This document shows, piece by piece, positions 33,486-50,370 of a stretch of DNA of 64,000 nucleotides (position 1 is its first letter; each line of letters begins with the position of its first letter). The stretch comes from the human T2T-CHM13v2.0 reference genome, Homo sapiens. Both the position numbers and the translations under genes were made by a program. A model generated the notes under the pieces. The model was given only the letters and a program-made list of their open reading frames with translations, had not been told where the DNA came from and searched no databases. The DNA is taken from NCBI RefSeq assembly GCF_009914755.1, contig NC_060936.1; one strand, 5' to 3'.

Positions 33486-33697
33486 CACTGGTTATCAACT
33501 GGGGTAAATTTATCTCTCACAGGCAATTTGGCAATAACTAAAAACATTTGTGGTTGTCATAACTGCACAGGGGTTGGGGGCAATGGAAGTGCTACTGGTA
33601 TCTAAAGGTAGAGGTCAGGGGTACTGCTAAATATTCTATAATGCACAAAGAATGATGTAACTGAAAATGTTGATAGTGAGGATGTTCAGAAACCCTG
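33486..33697. mobile_element. MER20 hAT-Charlie DNA element
   Basis: cactggttatcaactgggg...gtgctactggtatctaaaggtagaggtcagggg...cagaaaccctg; degenerate TSD (ctttacac/ttctacac). Confidence 0.85.
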
Positions 33698-34400
33698 ATT
33701 CTACACAAATTCATTTTTTGCAAACTAACGCCATGTCATACTTTACCTCCCCTCTCTCAAGATGAAGAAACTTTGGGAGAGGACTGTTATTCTTAAGGAG
33801 AAAGGAATCTTTTCAGAGCAACCTACGTTAGACCTCTATTGTTTCACTGAGCACACAAAAATCTTTCCTTTGAAATACTGAAGATATTTTGTTGTCTTCA
33901 TTTTATGTTGGATTTCTCCAATAACAGCTCAGGGAAAACATTTTCTGGTTCATATTTGTGTTTTTCCCTATTAGTAATTTTTTTCTAGATAATTTATAAG
34001 ATGAATATTAAATTTTCTGGGAATTTTTCTCTTTAAATTTTTTTCTTCTAAATTTCCATTGTTTTTCTTTATGTTTCATTAATCTTTGATGCCATCATCC
34101 ATCTTACCATATTAAGTTCTAATTTGTATATTTAATCTGTATTTTATATTTACAACAGCACTTTATTATTCCCTTATTATTTTTAGGCTGCCAGTTCTGA
34201 TTTCATGGATGCAATGTGCCCTTGTACCCGTAAAGGTACTAAATTTTTTATAAAGTAAAAAAAAAATTTACTCATTCATTTTGGTGCTTTTATTCCAAAT
34301 TATTTTTATGCTATTTTTTTTCAGAAGTGCTCAGTTATCCTTAACTGCTATTTGTTTATTGTTATGCCTGAGGCTCCAGATGGATTAGAAGTGGTCATGA

Positions 34401-34686
<286 letters not shown>

Positions 34687-35206
34687 TCTGGAAGTTCTTA
34701 ATTAAGTTCCGCCTTTCTGTGGTTTAATAGCACCTCTGTCCATCTATTTTTATCGTTAGTATGAAACTTCTTGAAGACAGATGCCATGGTTTATTCTTTT
34801 TCAAGTAACTTTCTTATTTCTGGCTCTGAGCTTCATGTCAGGTTCATGTTAGAAATTTAAATAATATTAAGAATAAATAAAGAAACGCATGAAGGAGCAC
34901 CTTACCCTCATCAGGAAGATTCATCTCCATTTTTCTTCATTCCAGTATAATCCAGTCAACTCCAAATTTTTCAATAAAATTTTACTTCACTAATATTGCC
35001 AAGTAATTCAAGTGCTTTTTTTTTGTATTTAAAACAACTTTTCAATGAGTGGTCTAATGTAGGTGAATTCACCTTCTCAATTAAATCACATTGTCTTTGA
35101 GGGAAGGCACTATGTCTTGGACTCTATTTGCATCCATTCTGGGGTTTTCAATTCTAGACGCAAAATTGAACTAAGCTGTATCAACATAATTTTGTTCCCT
35201 TTCTAG

Positions 35207-35339
35207 GAAATTTGCTTGTGATTGTATTTGTGAGTTACTTTGGATCCAAACTACATAGACCAAAGTTAATTGGAATCGGTTGTTTCATTATGGGAATTGG
35301 AGGTGTTTTGACTGCTTTGCCACATTTCTTCATGGGATA
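35207..35339 (+). CDS. SLCO1B1: OATP1B1 exon 4 (c.227-359, 133 nt)
   Basis: Acceptor ccctttctAG|GA; translates [44 protein letters not shown](Y); donor TA|gtaagt. Confidence 0.97.
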
Positions 35340-35739
35340 GTAAGTGTTAAAAAAAAAAAAAAACCTCTGTGCCACTATCAGTACCTTGTAAATTAGGAGT
35401 AGAATTTTATTATTATCCCTTTAAATAGGCAGTTACCTTTTGAGAAGATACCCACTAAGTGTGTACAGAAATGAAATAGTGTCTATTTGTCTACATAATC
35501 ATTTTATTTATCGTAGCTTTCATATACTTTGAAATAACAAAAAGACTAAACTGTAGAGTTTCAAATGAAATAAATAGGCTTTTTATGAATTTTTAGTATA
35601 ACGTATATACTGTACGTCTTTGCCTATAAGATTTTGATTATTTTTTATAAGACCTCAACACTTACACCTATACCCACTGAAGTATAGTTGTTCCCATCAT
35701 TTCACTGAAGCTGTTATTCCTAAGGTCACTGTGTAGTTA

Positions 35740-36185
35740 TAATTACAGTCAGATGCTCCTGAGAGAAAAGTTAAAATGGCACATGGGGGAGAAACTTATT
35801 TTTCACATTACAGTTAATGTAGCCAGTTCAAGGATGATATGATTCTACCTCTTTCCATCATAGTGCTATGCCTTGCATGGTCTTGGCTTCATGATCCAAA
35901 TTGTGGCAACGTATTTCCAGGCAACAAGATAGAAGAAGAAAAGAATAAGAAGCAACAAACAGTCCACACAGGCTGAGGCTTAAGAAGCATTTTCAGAAGC
36001 AAAATATCTCTACTGACTTTACATTTACCAGATGTTAGTTACATTTCACACATAGATATATAAATGCTGAAAAAAATAGACATTATTCCAAGTTACCAAG
36101 TTCCCGGTTAAAAATCCCAAGTATAATTACTGTGGAAGGAAAGAAGAGAGGATATTAGGAGACAATGAGCAGTTTCTGTTAGAGA
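35740..36185 (-). mobile_element. Ancient MaLR LTR (MLT1J/K/L-like)
   Basis: Ends ...gaagagaggatattaggagacaatgagcagtttctg; highly diverged. Confidence 0.5.
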
Positions 36186-37406
36186 CACCAATTACTTACT
36201 CATTGCCAAATCCAGCAATGACATCATTTGCTCACCATATTAAATCCATTCACCCACCATATTTGGCCCTTATAGGAAGTTTCTTCTTAGTGGTACTGCT
36301 CTAGCTTGTTTTCATCATACTGCACTCTCTTGATTCATTTTCTATCTTTGTGTCTTCTTCATCATGTCCATTTTTTTTCATCTGCTTTTGGCACCATACC
36401 GTCAGAGTCCTCTAATTTCCTTTTTAATCTTTATTTATGATTCTTCATGAGTTGTATGGAAAATAAACCTTAAAGGCAAGTATCACAGCTTCATCTTCCA
36501 TTCTACCCTAAAATTAAGGACCACAATCTAGATCAGCATTGCTCTAAATATGCCATAATATGTGACACTTTTGCACCTGGTATTTCTACAGCCTTGAATA
36601 CCTTTGTTTCTTTGTCTACCCTTCTATTCATCTTCCAGATTCGTTTTACCTGTCATTCTCATGTTGATGTCTTCTCTGATCTATTCCCGCAACCTCCAAG
36701 CAAAGTTGATCATATCCTTTGTCTTTGTGACAACTCAGGACCTTATATATTAAACTTATAACTTTTATCATCTATGTTTATACTAGTGTGAAATTCCCTA
36801 AGTACAAAAACTGTGTGTTTTATTTCTAGCTCTTTGAAGCTTAGCATAATGCCTGGAATACAGTAGGCTGCCTTTAGAGCTCACGTGGTACCTAATTATT
36901 TATGGATATTAACATCTCTGTTATTCCTATCAAGTTTTCTCTCATCTAGTTGAAATGGATTAGATTTTATTTTTACTACATTTTGAAGAGTCATACATTA
37001 GAGCGTGTGTGTGAATATGTGTCCATGAAAGAAAATCTGACAGACTGATCATCTTTGAAGATAATTCAAAAGGATGAATGGTTACATACAATTAATAATT
37101 ACTTTTTAAAAAGGTGAAACCAGGATATTTCATATCTTGACCAAGATATAACCACTCCTAGGATAATAGCAAGGTGATAACCCACTTAGCCTGGGGTGTA
37201 TTGAATTATCTTTCTTGCTGGACACTTCCATTTCACTTTTACCCATCACATCTCTTAAAACACATGCTGGGAAATTGACAGAAAGTACTCTGGTAATTTG
37301 GGGAAGATAATGGTGCAAATAAAGGGGAATATTTCTCTGTATTTCTAGGAAAAGTGAAAATATTCAGTAGATAAGCAAAATGTTTAATTCAGTGATGTTC
37401 TTACAG

Positions 37407-37528
37407 TTACAGGTATTCTAAAGAAACTAATATCAATTCATCAGAAAATTCAACATCGACCTTATCCACTTGTTTAATTAATCAAATTTTATCACTCAAT
37501 AGAGCATCACCTGAGATAGTGGGAAAAG
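37407..37528 (+). CDS. SLCO1B1: OATP1B1 exon 5 (c.360-481, 122 nt)
   Basis: Acceptor ttcttacAG|T; translates YYRYSKETNINSSENSTSTLSTCLINQILSLNRASPEIVGK(G); donor AAG|gtaaga. Confidence 0.97.
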
Positions 37529-37682
37529 GTAAGAATTAATATTGACAGTAAAAAGTCTTCTAAAATGTATACATTTAATTACATCTCTAAAAATTGTTGT
37601 GATATTCATTAGCAAAATTTAATTAAGAATGAATAGGAAAAACATTTGACTCTTACAGACATAATTATAGTGTTAATATACA

Positions 37683-37897
37683 CAGTTCGCCCATTAACAA
37701 CACAGGTTTAAACTACGCATTTTCACTTCTATGCAAATTTTGTCCATCTGAACTGGATGATAAACCTGCCGGTAAGAATATCTGACATTTTCTATATTTG
37801 GATTGAACAGGGCCAACTGCAGAACTTAAGTGTGCATGAATTTGAGAACACACAGGCAGCCCTGTAACAAATTCCTTAATATACCAAGGGATGACTG
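37683..37897. mobile_element. MER8-like Tigger MITE
   Basis: cagttcgcccattaacaacacaggtttaaactacgc...ataccaagggatgactg|TA. Confidence 0.75.
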
Positions 37898-38698
37898 TAT
37901 TATATGTAAAAGCATTTAGAAGTAGATCAGAAAAGAGAATATTTTCAATAGGAAATTGACAAAGAATATATGCATTAAAGTAAAACAGAAGGAAATGGTA
38001 TAAATATGTAAATAATATAACTTTGCTTTCATTGCAAAAGGCAAACTATTATATCATTTAAAGACTTTTTGCCTATTATAACACAAATTATAAATTATAA
38101 TTGCAAATTGTACTGCTAAAGATTTTTTTAACCTATTAAATAGAAAAAGACTAAAAATACATAGAGACGAGGTAGAGGCAAAAAAGGATTTCACATTGTA
38201 TATATTGCTGGAAGTGTATACGTTTGTAAATCTTTCTGGAGATTCATTATCAATATATGTTAAGAACAAAAATATACTTACCTACTTAGTCTGAAATTCT
38301 GCTATTATTGATTAATCTTAAGGAAATAACCAGGAAACTGCAAAAGGACTTATTTACAGTTATAGTCATGATAAACCTAATAGAATAAAACAACAAAAAA
38401 GAAATTAAAACATAAGATACTGAATAAACACATTTGGAAACTTATTCAGCACATTACTGTCCAGTCATTAAAGTTTTGATATTAAAGAAATCTTAACAAC
38501 ATGGAACAATTGTTATAATATGGTGTTAACTGTGTATACCATTTAACAATATGAACTAGATTTTTAAATATATAATGGATATAATGAATATAATGTATAT
38601 GTTTTGTGCAAATCTAGAAGATATATAAAAAAGCTTGAGGTGATCTTCTGTGTGTAATGTGATTACAGATAATTTTTACTTGTTTGTGCTTTTCTGTA

Positions 38699-39052
38699 TG
38701 ATATGGCTTGACTGTGTCCCCACTCAAATATCACCTTGATTGTAATAATCTCCACATGCCAAGAGTGGGGCCAGGTAGAGATAATTGAATTTTGGGGGCG
38801 GTTTCCCCCATACTGTTCTCGTGGTAATGAAGAAGTCTCACAAGATCTGATGATTTTATAAATGAGAGTTCCCCTGCAAAAGCTCTCTTGCCTGCCACCA
38901 TGTAAGACATGGCTTTGCTCTTCCTTCATCTTCCGCCATGATTGTGAGGCCCCCCAGCCATGAGGAACTATGAGTCCATTAGACCCTTTTCCTTTATAAA
39001 TTACCCAGTCTCAGGTATGTATTTATTAGCAGCATAAGAATGGACTAATACA
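38699..39052 (+). mobile_element. THE1B-type MaLR solo LTR inserted in an old L1ME-like 3' end
   Basis: TGatatggcttgactgtgtcccc...ggactaataCA; TSD ctgta/ccata. Confidence 0.92.
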
Positions 39053-39206
39053 CCATATTGTCAAAGTTTGCAAAGTGAATATAAATTACTTGTACTTGTA
39101 AATTAAAAAAAAATAAGTAGAATAATTAAGAGTTTACAAGTAGTTAAATTTGTAATAGAAATGCTAAAATTAATGTTTAAAATGAAACACTCTCTTATCT
39201 ACATAG

Positions 39207-39353
39207 GTTGTTTAAAGGAATCTGGGTCATACATGTGGATATATGTGTTCATGGGTAATATGCTTCGTGGAATAGGGGAGACTCCCATAGTACCACTGGG
39301 GCTTTCTTACATTGATGATTTCGCTAAAGAAGGACATTCTTCTTTGTATTTAG
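39207..39353 (+). CDS. SLCO1B1: OATP1B1 exon 6 (c.482-628, 147 nt)
   Basis: Acceptor catAG|GT; translates GCLKESGSYMWIYVFMGNMLRGIGETPIVPLGLSYIDDFAKEGHSSLYL(G), also within ORF 39161..39499; donor TAG|gtaatg. Confidence 0.97.
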
Positions 39354-39552
39354 GTAATGTACACAAAATATTAAATTGTATGATCACTTTCCCTTTGTCT
39401 ACTTTTGAAATAGTAGAGTTACTAAACTTATTATTTTACCTATTAGAACATATATTTGGGTATATGTATTGTATCATATTTCTTTTAAAAACATGGTGAA
39501 TAAGAACCATGCATTCTTGGCATCTAGTAAAATTGCTTTATAATATTTTCAG

Positions 39553-39651
39553 GTATATTGAATGCAATAGCAATGATTGGTCCAATCATTGGCTTTACCC
39601 TGGGATCTCTGTTTTCTAAAATGTACGTGGATATTGGATATGTAGATCTAA
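39553..39651 (+). CDS. SLCO1B1: OATP1B1 exon 7 (c.629-727, 99 nt)
   Basis: Acceptor ttttcAG|GT; translates [33 protein letters not shown](S); donor A|gtaagt. Confidence 0.97.
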
Positions 39652-42608
39652 GTAAGTACAACCAGAACAAGGTACCATGATAATGTCTTTCTAAGCACAC
39701 ATGCGAAAAACATTTTTTCAAATAACTGAATTCACTCTTTCAATAGTCCTTTGCTTAATATAATTAGAAAGTTACAAGTAGGAAATAAATGTATTACTAA
39801 TCAGAATAAATATAAAATCCAGCTCCTATTTATACTATCTTTATAACTAAGTGTAAAATGAGAGAATGTAAACAAATTTATTTTCATGAGCTTGGTCCAA
39901 AATAACCAAATGTAAAATGTCTCCCTCCCAAACTGACTGTCCAGTCAAGTAAATTTTATTTTTCAGTTGATGGTGGCTTGGATGTTGATGTGTACAACTT
40001 AAAGTTTGCTTTGCTAAAGTCTTCTTGTGGCTGCTGCATTGATTTATGGCTGGAGTCATTTGAGAGACTTCACTGTGTATTTTATGGTCATTTTCCCTGG
40101 TCCTAGCAGAGGGCTTGGCGTATGGCAATGTTCAGTAAGTACTTGTTGAACAAAGGAATAAAGCAGAGGACACATAAATAAAATCTATGATTTTCTTCTT
40201 CATTCTCAGAGCATACTTTCCTTCTTATCTCATAGATGAAAGAGATGCCATGTTATAAAAACTGTCTCAACTTCAGGCCCTTTTCCCTAAAAATATTCTT
40301 GCACCATATCTATCTTTATCTTCTTTTTCTTTTTTGCAGCTCAGTGGAAAATATATACATCTGTATCCAATGTTGATAGATCTAGCTGGAGCTTAGATTC
40401 TCCCTTCCCGCTTCTTTATCTCCATCTTCTCTTTTATTCAGCAAACACACCCAAGTATTTCCCATCTTTATATGTAGATACAGTTTTTTATACCCCCACA
40501 CAACTTTCCAGCTGAATCCTTTTTTTATTCCTCTTTAGAGCCAAGCACCTAGGAAAATATCAGCTAAATTAGCTAAGATATCTCACCTTCTCACCTCCCA
40601 TCCACTTCTAAATCCAGTATAATCTGCTTCTGTTATTAGTGAAACACAATCAATTTCTACCTACTTTACTATAGATTTGTAAATGGGTATATTTCTATCA
40701 TTTGCGTTAATTGATATTTCCAGTGCTTCTTCATCCATTTTCCCTCCTTAGATATCTTATTAGTACCTAAAGCACAATATGTCAAAATCTGATCTCATCA
40801 CCTTACCTCCAACCCCACTGTATTCCCTATATTCCTCCTTTTGATGAATATCCATACCTTATTCAATTATTGACTGAGTTACTGTGCCCTGTAATCTCAC
40901 ATTTCTCTGCATTTACACTTGGTAAAACTTTTCCCTCTTTTTCATTTGCATAGTTCTTGAAGCCTCTTCCAAAATGTGGATCCTCTTAGAGAAGCCTTAC
41001 TTCACCACTTTCCATTAGTCTCAAATTAATAGCCAAGAGCATGCCTTTATTGTAACCCTTCTCACAATGAGCTATTAATATTTGTGTGCTTACTTGCCAT
41101 CTCTTTACCACATGACAGAATGGCATGTTCTTAGCAAATAATAATTAGTTAAGTTTGTGAATAAATAAATATGATTTTCCACCTCATTAGGCCTTCAATA
41201 GATCATTCCAAAGAGATCAAAGGATTCATTTCCAAGATGGGATAGACATCACAGTGGGCCAGCAACAGCCAAAAACTTGAAAGTGTTTGCTAATCTAAAA
41301 CTATAAAGAAAATACTTGATAAAATGTTTTACATGTTCAATTTTAGAAATATGCCTTAGAGTAGCTACACATTATGTACATTATTTCTACTCATTCAACT
41401 CCAGTTTCATCACTGCTTTATCACGAAGAGTACAGAAATACGTGGTAAATGTCCTTAGGTTAATTATTTTATAAGCTCTCTAAATAAGAAATTATTACAT
41501 TATTTGAGAATTCATCACCATACAATTTCTAACATTGAATGTTCAGATATCATTATATCTTCTCTTATTCAGTGATGAGTATGAGCTTCACTTACAAAGT
41601 ATACTTTGGCAAACTCCAATGCCTAAAGGAGCTGAAGACATAAAAATAAATGAGTAAAGAGTGCCAGGAACAGGAATTTAGGGTGTGATGGTTAGAATAG
41701 GAGAATTCTTTTGGTTGTGAACTGCTCTCCCCATGCATCCAAAAGCACTTGTGTTCCTCAGCTCTGGCCTATTCTTTTAATGCACAAATTTAGGCCCTGC
41801 ATTGGCAAGGACTTCTGATTGGTTTCCAAGAAAATCCAAACACCAAAATTTTTGTGTAGAATTTTTCAATTTTTAAGACTGTGAGTGAGCCAAGAAAAAC
41901 TTTTTCTCACATCCTATCTAGCGCGATTATGACCCTTAGTTACTATGTGTAGAACAGTGAAAGAACAGAAAAAAAAGTCATCAAAATTACATTTGTCACA
42001 GGTGATGAATAAATACTTTGCATGTAGATGGAGTCACTGATTTAACCAATCATTTCCTGAAGTCTGAGTTGTTGATTATGACATGGTATGATCATATAAA
42101 TCAAATTTAAACCCAGATCTGTGCATACTTGAAAATAATTATTTCTAGGTAGTTTGTTATCAAGTCAATGTTATCTTATATTAGTGAGTTTTCTTATAGA
42201 TTAGAGTAATGGCACCATTTAATCGTGCCACAAACTTCTGTGGTGTGTGTTTCTGTATGCATATGCTTTTTTATTTCTTATTATTTTTCTTTTATTGTGG
42301 TAAGAACAATTAAAATGACATCTACCTTCTTAACAGGTTTTGAAACATACAGTGGACCCATGAACAATAGGTTTAAATTATGCTCGTCCACTTATGCACA
42401 GACTTTTTTCAATAAATATATTGAAAAAATTTGGGGAGATTTGTGAAAATTTGAGAAAATTTATAGATGAATTGCATAGTGTAGAAGTAAAGGAAACCCT
42501 AAGAAAAAGGTATATCATGAGTGCATAAAGTATGTTTAGATACTCCACTATTTTATCATTTACTACCATAAAATATACACAAATCTATTATAAGAAATTA
42601 AACTTATT

Positions 42609-46780
<4,172 letters not shown>

Positions 46781-49127
46781 TAAAGTTAAACTTCAAATTT
46801 AAGCACAGAAACACATATGTACCTCATATTATCTCATCTACAGTCAAGAGAAGTGAAAACAAATGTGAAGATGTACTATTAAAGCATAACTTTATACAAT
46901 TGACTGTAATATATACGTTACTGCTGTAATAATTTCATAGCACCTCCTGTAATTGTAGTAATAAGGTTGTGTTGAAAGCACCTGCTTAAAACACCATGTG
47001 ACACTAATTATCTCCACATGAACAGTTCCTCTCTCCAATAAATTGCGGATTGCAGCAAAATCTGATTGTGATTCTTGTGCGTTTTTATACTGTTTAGTGC
47101 AATACTGTCAACTTTGAATAACACCGTTGGAGCCATATGAATTGCCACTAGTGATGCTGAAACTGCTCCTAAGAAACTGAGAAAAGTCACGACATTACAA
47201 GAAAAAGTTGTATTGCTTGATATATAATGCAGATTGAGGTCTTCAGCTGCCCATTGTTTCAATACAAATGAATCCAGCATAAAGATCATTGTAAAAAACA
47301 AAAAAAGGGAAAAAAAAAGGAAATTCATGATGGCATTGCTGAGTCTATGCCAGCAGGCACAAAATCTTGCACTTTTAGTAATATACCGTCTTATCTCATA
47401 TTGAAAATGAAATTGTTATATGGCTGCAAACTTTTATAAGAAAGGCATAACCACAGACTTTAATGTGATTTGAGAAAAAGTGAAGTTATTATATGACCAT
47501 TTAAAGCAAAGGAAGGTGAGGGATCTAAAACTGGAGAAACTAATGCAAGCAAAGGATGGTTTGATAATTTTAGAAAATGATTTGGGTTTAAAAATTTTCA
47601 AAATAACAGAAGCAGCAGCTTCTGCCAAATGAGAGAAAGTGAACAAGTTTTCAGATTCCACTAAGAAAATCATTGAGAAAGCATATCTGCATGAGCAGGT
47701 TTTTAATGCAGATGAAAGTGTCCTATCCTGGGGAAAAGAAAGCCACGAAGGACGTTTATTAATAAAGAAGAGAAGTGAGCACCAGGATTTAAGGCAGGAA
47801 GGGATGAGGTAAGTCTACTATTCTGTGCAAATAAGGTCAGGCTTATTATCAAAACTGCTAGTATCTACAAAGTTGATAAGTCCCAAACCTTGAAGGCAAA
47901 AGATAAAAATCAACTGCTAGTCTTCCAGTCATACAAAAGGAAGGTCTGAACAATTAGTACTCTTTTTCAGAATTGTTTCCATCAATGCCTTGTTCCTGAA
48001 GACAGGAAGTAGCTTGACAGTAAGGGACTGCCTTTACAGTTCTTTTCATATCAGTCGATGCCCCTGGTCACCTAGAAAGCCCATAAGTTCAACATCAAAG
48101 GCATTGTAGTGATCTATTTCTTCCACCACAACATCTCTAATTCAGCCTCTAGATCATGGAGTCATAAGAAACTTTAAAGGATCATTACAGATGATACTCT
48201 AACGAAAGGATTATCAGTGCTATCAAAGAAAATCCTGATAGGCAGAACATCATAAAAGACTAGAAGAATTACACCATTTAAGATGCTATTGTTATAGGGA
48301 AAAAAAAAAGTGAAAGTCATTAAGTGCAAAACAATACATTTCTACCAGAGAAAATTTTGTTCAGATGTTGTGCATAAATTCATAGGATTAACAACATGGC
48401 CAATCAAGAAAATTATGAAAGAGATTATGGATATGGAAGAAAAAGTGAGGAGTAAAGAATTTCAAGATATCGGTATTGGAGAAATTCAAGAGCTAATTCA
48501 TACCTCATCAGGGAAGTTAACAGAAGATGACCTGATGGAGATGAGTGCCTGCGAACTAGTGTCAGATGATGGGGAAGGAGACATAGAAGCAGCAGTGCCA
48601 GAAACAAATTGTTATTAGGCAATCTAGCAGAAGGATTCTGATAATTCAAGACTGTTTTTGGCTTCTTTTATAACAGGGACTCTTGTCTAATGTGGGCACT
48701 GAAACTAAAGCATGTGTTGGAAGAAGGATTAGTTCCATTTAGAAAAATTTTTAGAGAAATGACAAAACCACAAAGTCAAATAGAAATTATGGCGTATTTA
48801 TGAAATAGTTACTGAATGTACTTGCCTCTTTTGCCTTCCCTCTACCTCCTCCACCTCTTCCACCTCTTCTACCCTAGTGAAAGCAAGACCAGTGCCTCCC
48901 ATTCCTTCTCCTCCTCAGCCTACTCAATGTGAAGAGATGAGAAAGATCTTATGATGGTCCACTTCAACTTAATAGTAAATATGTTTTATCTTCCCTGTGA
49001 TTTTCTTTATAACATTTTTTCTCTAGCTTACTTTATATTAAGAATACTATATATAATACATATAACATACAAAACATGTGTTAATCAACTGTTTATGTTA
49101 TTGGTAAGGATTCTGATCAACAGTAGC

Positions 49128-49362
49128 TGGTATGATTTGGATCTGTGTTCCCGCCAAAGTCATGTAGAATTGTAATCCCCAATGACGGAGGTGGGGCCTG
49201 GTGGGAGGTGATTGGGTGATAAAGGTAGTTTCTCATGAATAGTTTAACACCATCCCCCTTGATGCTGATCTCATGATACTGAGTGAATTCTCATGAGATT
49301 TATTTGCTCAAAAGTGTGTAATACCTCCCCCCTCTCTTCTTCCTGTAGAGACTGCAGAACTG
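49128..49362 (+). mobile_element. MSTA-like MaLR LTR, internally deleted and 3'-truncated
   Basis: tggtatgatttggatctgtgttccc...aattgtaatccccaatg...cttcctgtagagactgcagaactg. Confidence 0.75.
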
Positions 49363-50086
49363 CATAACTGAAACTTTATACCCATTGACTAACAACTCCC
49401 TGCTTCCCCTTCCCCTTAATCACTGGCAATAACCATTCTACTCTTTGCTTCTGTGAGTGTTACTGTTTTATGTTCCTCACATGAATGTAATCATGTAGTA
49501 TATGTCCTTCTGTAACTGGTTCATTTTGCCTAATGTCCTCAAAGTTCATCCAAGTTATCACATATTGCAGAATATCCTTCTTTTTAAAGACTGAATAATA
49601 TTCCATTGTATGTCTATACAATATTTTCTTTATCCATTTATCCCTCAGCAGACATGAGGTTGTTTTTACAGCTAGCTATTATGAATAGTGCTGCAATGAA
49701 CGTGCAAATGCAAATGGTCTCTTCAAGATAATGATTTCAATTCTTTTATATATGTACCCAGAAGTGGGATTGCTGGGTCATATGAGAGTTCTGTATTTAA
49801 TTTTTGAGGAATCTTTATAATACCTTTTATACTGGCTGTACCTTTTTGTATTCTACCAGCAGTGTACCGTGTTCAAATATCTCCACATTCTTGCAAACAC
49901 TTTCTTTCTTAAATGATAGCCATTCTACAGGTGTAAGGTGTAGGAAAAGAGTGGAGTTGTGCTTTTGATTTGCATTTCCCTGATATGCAATGTTGAAAAT
50001 CTTTTTATTGACCTGTTGTTCATTTGTGTGTCTTCTTTGGAGAAATTTCTATTCAGGTATGTAGCCTAATTGTTTTTTCAAATTAA

Positions 50087-50370
<284 letters not shown>

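Noticed and set aside
33486-33697. MER20 next to exon 3 as a regulatory element
   Set aside because: Family-level reports of MER20 enhancers do not transfer to this diverged copy without chromatin data.
39161-39499. 112-aa ORF as a separate protein
   Set aside because: It is exon 6 extended by chance open intronic flanks; the same applies to ORFs at 57640, 61187 and 63053.
41458-41470. HNF1-like site GGTTAATTATTTT and similar GTTAAT motifs elsewhere
   Set aside because: Partial matches are expected by chance in such AT-rich DNA and lack other support.
47125-48800. Domesticated TIGD-like transposase gene
   Set aside because: The start codon is lost and there are many stops and frameshifts.
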